Assembly (NCBI GenBank): GCA_965203805.1
Contig: OZ241917.1
Span: forward strand, 288,001 to 352,000
Source of the DNA: Candidatus Latescibacterota bacterium
Lineage (GTDB): Bacteria > Latescibacterota > UBA2968 > GCA-2709665
DNA length: 64,000 bases
Direction: 5' to 3'
Shown piece after piece: positions 29,497-38,798 of this stretch. The notes below the pieces were generated by a model. That model saw only the letters and a list, made by a program, of their open reading frames with translations, was not told the origin of the DNA and made no database searches. Within the stretch, counting starts at the first letter, position 1. The number at the start of each line of letters is the position of its first letter. Both the position numbers and the translations under genes were made by a program.

Positions 29497-31401
29497 ATGG
29501 GGCGGTTCTACATAACAACCCCGATATACTATGTGAACGACGAGCCGCATCTGGGACACGCGTATACGACCATCATTGCGGATGTGTTTGCCAGATATCA
29601 TCGGTTTGCGGGCGACGACGTGCTGTTTCTGACCGGGACGGACGAGCACGGTCAGAAAGTGGCGCAGGCGGCCAAAGCCCGCGGCGTGGATCCGCAGGAT
29701 CATTGCGACGAAATGGTCGAACGCTTCCGCAGCCTCTGGTCGTTATTGAATGTCTCATACGATGACTTCATTCGCACAACCGAATCCAGGCACCGGCGCG
29801 TGGTACAGCGTATTCTCCAGCGCCTCTACGACGCCGGAGAAATCTACGCCGACGACTACGAGGGATGGTATTGCGTGCCGGACGAACGGTTCTGGACGGA
29901 GAAGGATCTGGTCGATGGGAAATGCCCGGAGTGCGGGCGGGAGGTGACGAGGATATCGGAGAAGAATTATTTCTTTCGAATGGGGAAATACCAGGCGTGG
30001 TTGACCGACCGCATCCGGAACGACTCGCGGCTTGTGCTTCCCGCCACACGCAGAAACGAGATGCTCGGCTTTTTGCGCCGGCCGCTGAACGACCTGTGCA
30101 TATCCCGCCCGAAGGCCCGGTTGTCATGGGGCATTCCGTTGCCATTCGACGAATCATACGTGTGTTACGTGTGGTTCGACGCGCTCATCAACTACATTAC
30201 GGCTGCGGGTTATCTTCAGAATACCGAAGCCTTCGCGCGGTGGTGGCCGGCTTCCTGCCATCTGATCGGCAAAGATATTCTGACGACCCATTGTATTTAC
30301 TGGCCGACGATGTTGAAGGCGATGGGCGTCGATACTCCCGAAACGGTGATGGCCCACGGGTGGTGGCTTGTCGACGAGGAGAAGATGAGCAAGTCACTGG
30401 GCAACGTGATACGTCCCCTGGATCTGGCGGAGAAATACGGCGTGGACGCTTTTCGGTATTTCCTCGTTCGCGAGATGGTGCTGGGTACGGACAGCACCTT
30501 CAGCGAAACGGGATTTATCCACCGGTACAATTCTGAGCTGGCGAACGATCTGGGCAACCTGCTGAATCGCACCGTGGTCATGGCATGCCGGTACCTGGAC
30601 GGACAGGTCCCCGAATCGGATGTGAATCACGCCGTACTTACCACGTTGAAGGAGCAGGCGCACCGCACGCTGGACGGCGTGATGGATGCGCTGGGTGACA
30701 TGAACCCCACTGGAATTCTGGATGCGATCTGGGACCTTGTTCGGCAGGCCAACCGGTTCGCGGAAGCGCAGGCGCCCTGGAACCTGGCCAGGGATCCGGA
30801 GAACCGGGTTATGCTGAAGGCGACGATCTACGGCCTTCTCGAAACCATGCGCTATCTGGCGGTGCTGCTCTTTCCGGTGCTGCCGGATAAGTCGGAAGAG
30901 ATGTGGGAGCAGATCGGTGCGGATGGCGATGTGAAAACGCAGACGATACAGGACCTTCGCCTCTGGGGCGGACTTCGCGCCGGAGCGCAGGTGAGTGCGG
31001 GCGGTCCGATTTTTCCCAGGATCGAATCTATAGAACAGGATTTCTCGGAGACATTTGAAATGGCTGAAAGCAACGAGGATCTGGTACCGTTCAAGGAGTT
31101 TCAGAAGCTCGAGTTTCGCGTGGCCAGGGTGGAGTCCGCCGAACGGGTCCCCGGCGCCGACCGGTTGCTGAAGCTGAGGGTCAGTCTGGGTGAAGAGCGT
31201 CGGCAGATCGTCGCCGGAGTCGCGAAACACTACCGCCCCGAATCGCTGATTGGCCGTCAGATTGTGGTGGTTGCGAATCTGGAGCCGGCGACAATCCGCG
31301 GGGTGGCGTCGGAAGGGATGCTGCTGGCGGCGTCGGCGGACGGGCGTGTCGCTCTGCTGCAGCCCGATGCCGATGTTCCCGACGGAGCGGAGGTGGGTTG
31401 A
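29497..31401 (+). CDS. metG: Methionyl-tRNA synthetase with C-terminal tRNA-binding domain
   Basis: YITTPIYYVN, HLGH, GTDEHG, YVWFDAL, KMSKS; C-terminal OB-fold. Confidence 0.97.
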   Translation: MGRFYITTPIYYVNDEPHLGHAYTTIIADVFARYHRFAGDDVLFLTGTDEHGQKVAQAAKARGVDPQDHCDEMVERFRSLWSLLNVSYDDFIRTTESRHRRVVQRILQRLYDAGEIYADDYEGWYCVPDERFWTEKDLVDGKCPECGREVTRISEKNYFFRMGKYQAWLTDRIRNDSRLVLPATRRNEMLGFLRRPLNDLCISRPKARLSWGIPLPFDESYVCYVWFDALINYITAAGYLQNTEAFARWWPASCHLIGKDILTTHCIYWPTMLKAMGVDTPETVMAHGWWLVDEEKMSKSLGNVIRPLDLAEKYGVDAFRYFLVREMVLGTDSTFSETGFIHRYNSELANDLGNLLNRTVVMACRYLDGQVPESDVNHAVLTTLKEQAHRTLDGVMDALGDMNPTGILDAIWDLVRQANRFAEAQAPWNLARDPENRVMLKATIYGLLETMRYLAVLLFPVLPDKSEEMWEQIGADGDVKTQTIQDLRLWGGLRAGAQVSAGGPIFPRIESIEQDFSETFEMAESNEDLVPFKEFQKLEFRVARVESAERVPGADRLLKLRVSLGEERRQIVAGVAKHYRPESLIGRQIVVVANLEPATIRGVASEGMLLAASADGRVALLQPDADVPDGAEVG

Positions 31402-32171
31402 GGACAATGCTTGTCGATACCCATGCCCATCTGAATTTTCCACAGTTTCTCGGGGAGGAGGAGGCGACGATCCGGCGGGCCCGGGCGGCAGGAGTGGCAC
31501 GCATCGTGAACGTCGGCACAAACCTGGACGTGAGCCGGCGTGCGCTGGACCTGGCTTGCCGGCACGAGGGAGTCTTCGCAACCGTGGGATTCCATCCGCA
31601 CGACGTCGAACTGGCCGACCCGGACGGCTTGGCGGCGCTGGGCCGCCTTGCCGCAAATGAAAACGTCGTGGCGGTGGGTGAGACGGGTCTGGATTTTTTT
31701 CGGGACTATGCGCCTCGACCTCTCCAGGAGCGGATTTTTCGCTTCCACATCAACCTGGCGCTTCAGGCGGGACTTCCGCTCATTATTCATAGTCGCGGCG
31801 CAGAGGACCGGGTGATGGACATCCTTGAGGACGAGGGCGGTCAGGCGGCCGGCGGGGCATTACACTGTTTCGGCGGATGTGAGGGCCAGGCCGGGCGGGC
31901 CGTGGATCTTGGCTTCCATCTGGGATTCGGCGGAACGGTGACCTATAGACGTTCCACGTCGTTGCCTGTGGCGATGGGCACTCCGCCCGATCGGGTGCTT
32001 CTGGAGACCGATTGCCCGTTTCTTGCGCCGGTGCCGTATCGGGGACGGCGGAATGAACCGGCCCACGTCAGGCAGATCGCCGAATTTATCGCGGGTTGCG
32101 CGGACGAGCCGTTGGAAAGCCTCGCCACCCGAACCACTGCAAACGCACTTCGGCTATTCGGGTTGACGTGA
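31398..32171 (+). CDS. tatD: TatD family hydrolase
   Basis: DTHAHL, GFHPH, GETGLD, IHSR, LHCF, LETDCPFL. Start 31398 (TTG) or 31407 (ATG). Confidence 0.92.
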   Translation: MRTMLVDTHAHLNFPQFLGEEEATIRRARAAGVARIVNVGTNLDVSRRALDLACRHEGVFATVGFHPHDVELADPDGLAALGRLAANENVVAVGETGLDFFRDYAPRPLQERIFRFHINLALQAGLPLIIHSRGAEDRVMDILEDEGGQAAGGALHCFGGCEGQAGRAVDLGFHLGFGGTVTYRRSTSLPVAMGTPPDRVLLETDCPFLAPVPYRGRRNEPAHVRQIAEFIAGCADEPLESLATRTTANALRLFGLT

Positions 32172-32983
32172 TGAACAGGCCCAAAAAGGGACTGGCACAG
32201 CACTTCCTGACCGACACGGGAGCTGTCCACAGGATCGTGAAGGCGGCGTGCGCAGGCGCCGACGATCTGGTCGTCGAAATCGGCCCGGGCCGCGGCGCGC
32301 TGACCGGCCGGCTGCTTGCGGAATCGGCCAGGGTGATTGGCATCGAGCGGGACGAGGCGCTGTGCGGATTCCTGCGGTCCCGATTCGGTAGCGAATTGCA
32401 CCTGCGCAACCAGGACGTACTGACTGTCGATTTTCATGAACTGATTCGTGCGGAAGGATTTGAAAGGGCGGTTCTGGTGGGCAACCTGCCGTACAACATC
32501 ACGGGCGCGGTTGTCCATCGGATCCTGGAATCCCGTTGCCGGTTAAAGAGAGCCGTCCTGACCGTTCAGCGGGAGGTCGCCCGTCGAATTGTCGCCGCGC
32601 CGGGCAGCAGGGACTACGGGGTCCTCTCGATCGCCGTTCAGTTGTATTCCCGGCCAAGGAGGTTGTTCGACCTGAGTCCAGGCGTGTTTTTTCCGGCGCC
32701 TCGAGTCTTTTCCTCCGTGATGCTGCTGGATTTCCAGGGGGAAGTTCCCTACCGGATTCAGGACGAGGAGTTTTTCTTTCGCGTGGTCCGGACGGCATTC
32801 GCCCAGCGGCGAAAGATGTTGAAAAACACCCTGCGTGGAATTGCGAACGGCAGGACCGCGACGCTGGAACGTGCAGGCGCGGCGGCAGCGGTTGACTTCA
32901 GGTTGAGACCGGAAGCGATTTCCATACCCCAGTTTGAGCGCATCTGTGGCGCGCTCATGCCATCTCGCGATACCGGCAGGTAG
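32171..32983 (+). CDS. rsmA: 16S rRNA m6,6A dimethyltransferase
   Basis: PKKGLAQHFL, EIGPGRGALT, GNLPYNI, QREVA, FAQRRKML. Confidence 0.95.
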   Translation: MNRPKKGLAQHFLTDTGAVHRIVKAACAGADDLVVEIGPGRGALTGRLLAESARVIGIERDEALCGFLRSRFGSELHLRNQDVLTVDFHELIRAEGFERAVLVGNLPYNITGAVVHRILESRCRLKRAVLTVQREVARRIVAAPGSRDYGVLSIAVQLYSRPRRLFDLSPGVFFPAPRVFSSVMLLDFQGEVPYRIQDEEFFFRVVRTAFAQRRKMLKNTLRGIANGRTATLERAGAAAAVDFRLRPEAISIPQFERICGALMPSRDTGR

Positions 32984-33100
32984 ATTTGCCGCAGCCATTC
33001 GCAGTGATGTGACATTCGCCTTCGCGGATTGCCGATGCCGGCATTGCTTCCGTGCGGGCTTCCGCCGAAAAAACGTCCATCCATCCAAAAGGGATTAGCA

Positions 33101-34030
33101 ATGCCTCCGATGCCGAAGGCGGACAAGATCTGGTTCAACGGAAAGTTCGTGGATTGGGACGACGCGAGAATTCACGTGCTGTCGCACGTCGTGCACTACG
33201 GATCCAGCGTATTCGAGGGTGTTCGTTGTTACGAAACACACAGGGGGCCGGCCTGTTTCCGGTTGGCGGATCACGTGAACCGGCTGTACGATTCGGCCAA
33301 GATTTACCGGATGCCAATTCCGTACGAGCCTGAGGAATTGTCTCGGGCTATTCTGGAATCCATCCGCACAAACGGCCTTCAGGCCTGTTACGTGCGTCCC
33401 GTGATCTTTCGAGGATACGAGAGTCTGGGCGTGGATCCCTCGTCCTGTCCCGTCGAAGTCGTGATTGCCGTGTGGGAATGGGGCGCCTATCTGGGCGAGG
33501 AAGCGCTCGAAAAGGGTGCCGAGGTGCGGTTCTCCTCGTGGAACCGGCTGGCGCCGAATACGATGCCGTCGCTCGCCAAGGTCGGCGCCAATTATATGAA
33601 CTCGCAATTGATCAAGCTGGAGGCGCTCGCCGACGGATACGTGGAAGGAATCGCGCTGGACGCGCAGGGCCACGTGAGCGAAGCCAGCGGAGAAAATATC
33701 TTCATGGTGAAGAACGGAGCGATCTATACGCCCTCCACCGGATCGTCGATTCTGCCCGGCATTACCCGTCACTCGGTGATTACGCTGGCACGTGACCTGG
33801 GCTATGCGGTAACGCAGCGCGCCATTCCGCGAGAGTCACTATATATCGCCGACGAAGTCTTTTTTACCGGCAGCGCGGCCGAAGTGACGCCAATCGCGAA
33901 AATCGATCACATTCCGATCGGAGCAGGGACCCGCGGGCCCATCACGAAAGCCCTTCAGGACGCTTTCTTCGGCGTCGTTTCGGGGGAGACGGAAGACCGT
34001 CACGGCTGGTTGACCTTTGTCAATCGTTGA
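33101..34030 (+). CDS. ilvE: Branched-chain amino acid aminotransferase
   Basis: [43 protein letters not shown]. Confidence 0.95.
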   Translation: MPPMPKADKIWFNGKFVDWDDARIHVLSHVVHYGSSVFEGVRCYETHRGPACFRLADHVNRLYDSAKIYRMPIPYEPEELSRAILESIRTNGLQACYVRPVIFRGYESLGVDPSSCPVEVVIAVWEWGAYLGEEALEKGAEVRFSSWNRLAPNTMPSLAKVGANYMNSQLIKLEALADGYVEGIALDAQGHVSEASGENIFMVKNGAIYTPSTGSSILPGITRHSVITLARDLGYAVTQRAIPRESLYIADEVFFTGSAAEVTPIAKIDHIPIGAGTRGPITKALQDAFFGVVSGETEDRHGWLTFVNR

Positions 34031-34088
34031 TCCCCAGACCTCCAGGACTCCAGGGAGCCGCGCAGGCGCGGAGAATCGAAACACACAT

Positions 34089-34907
34089 ATGGATGAGATC
34101 AGCAGCAAGAGCATCGCCGTCATTGGCGCCGGAAATATGGGCGGCGCGTTGATTTCCGGTCTGGTGCAATCGGGTGCCGTGCCGCCGGAACGGGTGACGG
34201 CCGTGGATATCGATACGACGTTGCTGGAGGCGCATCGGACGGCGCTGGGGGTGAATACCAGCCGCGACGCCGCTTCCGCGGCCGCAGAACACGACGTGGT
34301 CGTGCTTGGCTTGAAACCCCAGATATGGGCTTCGGTTGTCGCACCCGCGTCACCGTCTCTTACCGACCGGCAGACGGTGCTTTCGATTATGGGCGGCGTA
34401 CGGACCGGGGCGATCGAGGAAGTCCTGGGCGGGAGGATCCCCGTCGTGCGGGCGATGCCGAATATCCTTGCGCGGATTCGCGCGTCTGTTTCTGCCATTT
34501 GCGTGGGCCGGTTCGCTCAGGAAACGCATATCGCGACCGCTGAAGCCATTCTGGTGACGGTCGGTGAGTCCGTACGCTTGAGTGAAGCTCAGATGGATGC
34601 CGTAACGGGACTCTCCGGCAGCGGCCCCGCCTTCGTGTATATGATGATCGACGCGCTTGCCGACGGGGGCGTCAGGATGGGGATTCCGAAGCCCGTCGCG
34701 CTCAAGCTGGCCGCGCAGACGGTTTTGGGCGGTGCGAAGATGGTGATCGAGAGCGGGCAGCACCCGGCGGTGCTCAAAGACCAGGTCACGTCCGCCGGTG
34801 GCACGACCATTGCCGGATTGCAGGCCCTGGAGCTGGGCGGATTTCGCGCGGCGTTGATGAAGGCGGTGGAGGCCGCGACCCGGCGGTCCGAGGAGCTTGG
34901 AAAGTAG
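34089..34907 (+). CDS. proC: Pyrroline-5-carboxylate reductase
   Basis: IGAGNMG, RAMPN, TGLSGSGPA, VTSAGGTT. Confidence 0.95.
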   Translation: MDEISSKSIAVIGAGNMGGALISGLVQSGAVPPERVTAVDIDTTLLEAHRTALGVNTSRDAASAAAEHDVVVLGLKPQIWASVVAPASPSLTDRQTVLSIMGGVRTGAIEEVLGGRIPVVRAMPNILARIRASVSAICVGRFAQETHIATAEAILVTVGESVRLSEAQMDAVTGLSGSGPAFVYMMIDALADGGVRMGIPKPVALKLAAQTVLGGAKMVIESGQHPAVLKDQVTSAGGTTIAGLQALELGGFRAALMKAVEAATRRSEELGK

Positions 34908-34943
34908 GCGGTCGGTAACGCGGGGATACGGACGGAGCATCTG

Positions 34944-35549
34944 ATGATCGTGATTGTAGACTGTGGTGCGGGCAATCTGCGCAGCGTGCAGAAGGGATTT
35001 GAGCGGGTCGGTCACGCCGCGGCGATTACGGATCGCCCGGAAGACGTAAACAGCGCCGACCGTGTGGTCTTGCCCGGGGTGGGGGCCTTTGGAGACGCGA
35101 TGGTGAATCTCAGGGCGGGAGGCCTGATCGAGCCCCTTTTGGACTCGATCGACAGTGGCCGGCCATTCCTGGGCATTTGCGTCGGTCTCCAGCTTCTTTT
35201 TTGCGAAAGCGATGAGATGGGCCGGCATCGTGGGTTCGGCGTTTTCCCGGGGAGCGTACGGCGGTTTCCCGACGGTGTGCGAGTCCCCCAGATCGGGTGG
35301 AACCAGGTTCGCATCCGGAGGCAGACGCCACTTCTCGAGGGCATTCCCGACGATGCGTTCTTCTATTTCGTCCATTCGTACTATGTTGATCCTGACCTGG
35401 AATCCGATTGTGTGGCAACCACGGATTACGCGTTGGACTATACGTCCGTCGCGGGCCGCGGGGCTGCCTACGGCATCCAGTTTCATCCCGAGAAGAGCCA
35501 GGACCTCGGACTGCTTGTCCTGAAGAATTTCGCGGAGCGGGTATGCTAG
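34944..35549 (+). CDS. hisH: Imidazole glycerol phosphate synthase, glutaminase subunit
   Basis: GNLRSV, LPGVGAF, GICVGLQ, FYFVHSY, QFHPEKS. Confidence 0.96.
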   Translation: MIVIVDCGAGNLRSVQKGFERVGHAAAITDRPEDVNSADRVVLPGVGAFGDAMVNLRAGGLIEPLLDSIDSGRPFLGICVGLQLLFCESDEMGRHRGFGVFPGSVRRFPDGVRVPQIGWNQVRIRRQTPLLEGIPDDAFFYFVHSYYVDPDLESDCVATTDYALDYTSVAGRGAAYGIQFHPEKSQDLGLLVLKNFAERVC

Positions 35550-36331
35550 CAAAGCGCATCATACCCTGTCTGGACGTCAAGAACGGGCGAAATGTCCGCG
35601 GTGTGAAATTTTCGGCGGACCGGGACGCCGGAGACCCCGTTGACCTGGCCCGCAGGTACGACGAGGAAGGGGCTGACGAACTCGTATTCTACGACATTAC
35701 GGCGTCGGCCGAGAAACGGGAGATCGTGGGCGATCTCGTGCGCCAGGTGTCGGAACAGGTGTTTATCCCGTTTACGGTGGGCGGCGGCGTCCGGACCTTT
35801 GATGATATCCGCACAATCATCGAAGGCGGCGCCGAAAAGGCATCCATTAATTCTGCCGCTGTTCATACACCGGAGTTGATTACCCGCGGCGCGGAGCGAT
35901 TCGGGACGCAGGCGATCGTAGGATCCATCGACGCGGTTCGCCGGGGCGGGAAGTCCGAATGGCCGGAGTGGGAGGTCGTGATCAACGGCGGCAGGACGCC
36001 GACGGGCAAGGATGCCCTGAAATGGGCGCAGGAACTGGTCGACAGGGGCGCGGGGGAACTCGTTCTGAACAGCATTGATGCCGACGGCACGAAGGAGGGG
36101 TACGACATCGAGCTGAACCGCGCGGTGGCTGAGCTTGTGGACGTGCCGATCGTGGCTTCCGGGGGTTCGGGCGGCCCGGAGCACATGTATCAGGTGCTTC
36201 ATCAGGGCAAAGCGAGCGCGGCTCTTGCGGCGTCGATCTTTCACTACCGGCAATATAGCATTCCCCAGGTGAAAGCATACCTGGCCAGGCGGGGCGTGTG
36301 TGTACGGCCCCGTGTCAGGGTAGACCTGTAA
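35543..36331 (+). CDS. hisF: Imidazole glycerol phosphate synthase, cyclase subunit
   Basis: MLAKRIIPCLDV, GADELVFYDITAS, PFTVGGG, SIDADGTKEGYD, ALAASIFH. Confidence 0.96.
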   Translation: MLAKRIIPCLDVKNGRNVRGVKFSADRDAGDPVDLARRYDEEGADELVFYDITASAEKREIVGDLVRQVSEQVFIPFTVGGGVRTFDDIRTIIEGGAEKASINSAAVHTPELITRGAERFGTQAIVGSIDAVRRGGKSEWPEWEVVINGGRTPTGKDALKWAQELVDRGAGELVLNSIDADGTKEGYDIELNRAVAELVDVPIVASGGSGGPEHMYQVLHQGKASAALAASIFHYRQYSIPQVKAYLARRGVCVRPRVRVDL

Positions 36332-37539
36332 TGGATTCCGGCAAGACACGAACAGAAGCAGGGCCTCGAACCGGGGATGGATCGATAGGCGATTCCGGGC
36401 CTGGCGCGGCCTGTCCGGAGCGCACAGCGCTCTTCCGGGGTATCCGGCGTGTCGTGGTGAAGCTGGGGACCCGTCTGGTGACGCTGCAGGACCGCGCGCT
36501 GAATCTGCAACTGATAGATCGTCTGGCTGCTGACGTGGCGGAATTGCGCCGAACGGGGATACAGATTGCCGTCGTCTCATCGGGCGCGGTGGGGGCCGGC
36601 ATGGGACGGCTGGGACTGGTGGAACGGCCGCGTCGCCTGGCAGCGCTGCAGGCAACGGCGGCAGTTGGACAGGGGCTGCTGATGAACGCGTACAAGCTCG
36701 CGTTCCGAGCCCATGACGTCCCGGTCGGGCAGGTGCTGCTGACGGCAGATGACCTGGACAACCGGAGACGTTACGTTAACGCGCGGAATACGCTGGATTC
36801 GTTGTTCCGATTCGGCGCCGTTCCGATTCTCAATGAGAACGACAGTGTGGCGGTTGAGGAACTCCAGCTTTCGGTAGGCGACAACGATCGCCTTTCCGCG
36901 CTCGTCACGCACCTGGTCGACGCCGACCTTCTCGTTATTCTCACCGATGTGGATGGACTCTTCTCTGAAGATCCCGATCGAAACGCACAGGCACGCCTTA
37001 TTGCGCGGGTTAGGGAGGTCGGCTCCGATATGATCGAAAGGGCCGGGGAGGCCGGCAGCCGGTTGAGCCTCGGCGGTATGCGATCAAAGCTGGAGGCGGC
37101 GCAGAGCGTGACGCGGGGGGGCAGGCTGGCCGTCATCGCAAACGGCCACAGGATCGGACTGGAACAGATCATCGCAGGTACGCCGGCGGGCACATTGTTT
37201 CTTGCCGCGCGGAAGAGACAGCCCGGCCGGAAGGCCTGGATTGCCAATTCTCGTCGAAACGGCGCCGTGGTTGTGGACGACGGCGCCGTAGAAGCAATCG
37301 TAAAGCGTGGAAAGAGCCTCCTGCCTTCGGGGGTCCTGGAGGTGGTCGGCGCCTTTGAGGCAGGAGAGTTGATTGCCGTTGAAGACCGGCGCCGACAGGA
37401 GGTGGCGCGCGGCGTGGTCAAGTACGGTTCGGTTGACGTGCAGCGTATATTGGGCAAATCAACCGGCGAGGCGGGTTCGATTCTGGACGTGGAGACGGGA
37501 GGAGAGGTGGTTCACCGGGACGACCTGGTGGTGCTTTAA
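36331..37539 (+). CDS. proB: Glutamate 5-kinase with PUA domain
   Basis: VVKLGT, VSSGAV, AAVGQ, NENDSV, GDND, GGMRSK, VVHRDDLV. Confidence 0.95.
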   Translation: MDSGKTRTEAGPRTGDGSIGDSGPGAACPERTALFRGIRRVVVKLGTRLVTLQDRALNLQLIDRLAADVAELRRTGIQIAVVSSGAVGAGMGRLGLVERPRRLAALQATAAVGQGLLMNAYKLAFRAHDVPVGQVLLTADDLDNRRRYVNARNTLDSLFRFGAVPILNENDSVAVEELQLSVGDNDRLSALVTHLVDADLLVILTDVDGLFSEDPDRNAQARLIARVREVGSDMIERAGEAGSRLSLGGMRSKLEAAQSVTRGGRLAVIANGHRIGLEQIIAGTPAGTLFLAARKRQPGRKAWIANSRRNGAVVVDDGAVEAIVKRGKSLLPSGVLEVVGAFEAGELIAVEDRRRQEVARGVVKYGSVDVQRILGKSTGEAGSILDVETGGEVVHRDDLVVL

Positions 37540-37578
37540 GGTCATCGGCGGCGCGATGCTCCACAGGAGGTTTTCGGG

Positions 37579-37926
37579 ATGAAGTTCTACAGAGGAAAAC
37601 GTGAATTTCTGGACGCCCCGCGCAGGAGGATGTACCGTTTCCTATGGGCGCTGCCGGCGCTTTGGTTCGTGTATTTGTTTTTCGCCGGAGAAAGCGGCTA
37701 TCTGCAGATACGGGAACGGGACCGGCAGATCGAGGGCATGCGCGGTGAGATTGAAACCGTTAGGGAGGAAAACAGACGGCTGGAGGCCGAAGTCGAAGAA
37801 TTGAAAAACGACCTGGCGATCATTGAGAGGATCGCGCGTGAGCGGTACGGCATGGTAAAGAAAAACGAAACGGTCTATATGGTTTATCCCGGAGCGCGAG
37901 ACCCGGCCGCGGTCACCCGGAAATGA
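37579..37926 (+). CDS. Septum formation initiator (FtsB/DivIC family)
   Basis: One TM helix, coiled coil, IERIARERYGMVKKNE. Confidence 0.85.
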   Translation: MKFYRGKREFLDAPRRRMYRFLWALPALWFVYLFFAGESGYLQIRERDRQIEGMRGEIETVREENRRLEAEVEELKNDLAIIERIARERYGMVKKNETVYMVYPGARDPAAVTRK

Positions 37927-38705
37927 TATTGAAGACCGAGGGCCTGGTGCTGCGCGGTTACCGGATGAGCGAGAGCAGCAAGGTGGCGGTCATCTACACC
38001 CGTTCCGCCGGGAAGGTACGGGTTGTCGCCAGGGGCGCCCGGCGTCCCAGGAGCAAGTTCGGCGCCAGCGTCGAGCCGCTGACCTGGGGAGCCTATGTCA
38101 TATATAGCCGCGAAAACAGAGATCTGCAGACGCTGAGCGAAGGCGATATTCTCTATGCCTTTGAAGGTCTCAAGGGAGATTACAGGCGCCTTGTCTACGC
38201 AAGCGCAGTGTGCGATCTTCTGGATCGCCTGACACCTGATGAAGATCCGAATTCCCTCCTCTGCAGCGTTACCCTGGACACGCTTCGATGGATGGAGACG
38301 ATTGAGGAAGTCGCAGTTGAATTGCCGCTCTGGTATTTTCAGCTCAAGGCGGCTTCGGCGTTGGGATATCGTCCCCATTTGAGCGGATGCGTACAGTGCG
38401 GGGTGGGAATATCCGGCGACCGGGTCTGTTTCGACGCGGGACGGGGCGGCACGGTCTGTCACCGTTGTGAGCGCGGTGGAATCGGGGTCAAGATGCCCAC
38501 CGTTCAATTCCTTGAGCAACTTCAGACAGCGCGTGCGGACCGGGTCGACGAGAAGGGGTTCGGGTCGATCGACATCAGCGAAGCGCGGCGTGTCTTGCGC
38601 AGCTTTCTATGGCGCCATATCGAGAACCGGGGCCAGGTCAAGTCACTGGATTTTCTGAATCGCATGCTGGCTGCGGAGTCGCCATCAGCGCCCTACGGAA
38701 GTTGA
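37923..38705 (+). CDS. recO: DNA repair protein RecO
   Basis: TEGLVLR, ARGARRPRS, GYRP, CxxC...CxxC zinc finger. Confidence 0.92.
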   Translation: MILKTEGLVLRGYRMSESSKVAVIYTRSAGKVRVVARGARRPRSKFGASVEPLTWGAYVIYSRENRDLQTLSEGDILYAFEGLKGDYRRLVYASAVCDLLDRLTPDEDPNSLLCSVTLDTLRWMETIEEVAVELPLWYFQLKAASALGYRPHLSGCVQCGVGISGDRVCFDAGRGGTVCHRCERGGIGVKMPTVQFLEQLQTARADRVDEKGFGSIDISEARRVLRSFLWRHIENRGQVKSLDFLNRMLAAESPSAPYGS

Positions 38706-38798
38706 AGACCGGACGGTGACAGGGCTTATACGAGGCCAATAATCTGATTCTCCGTCTTTCCTGAAGTGGAGCGGATTGGCGGTACGGGAGAACAGGCC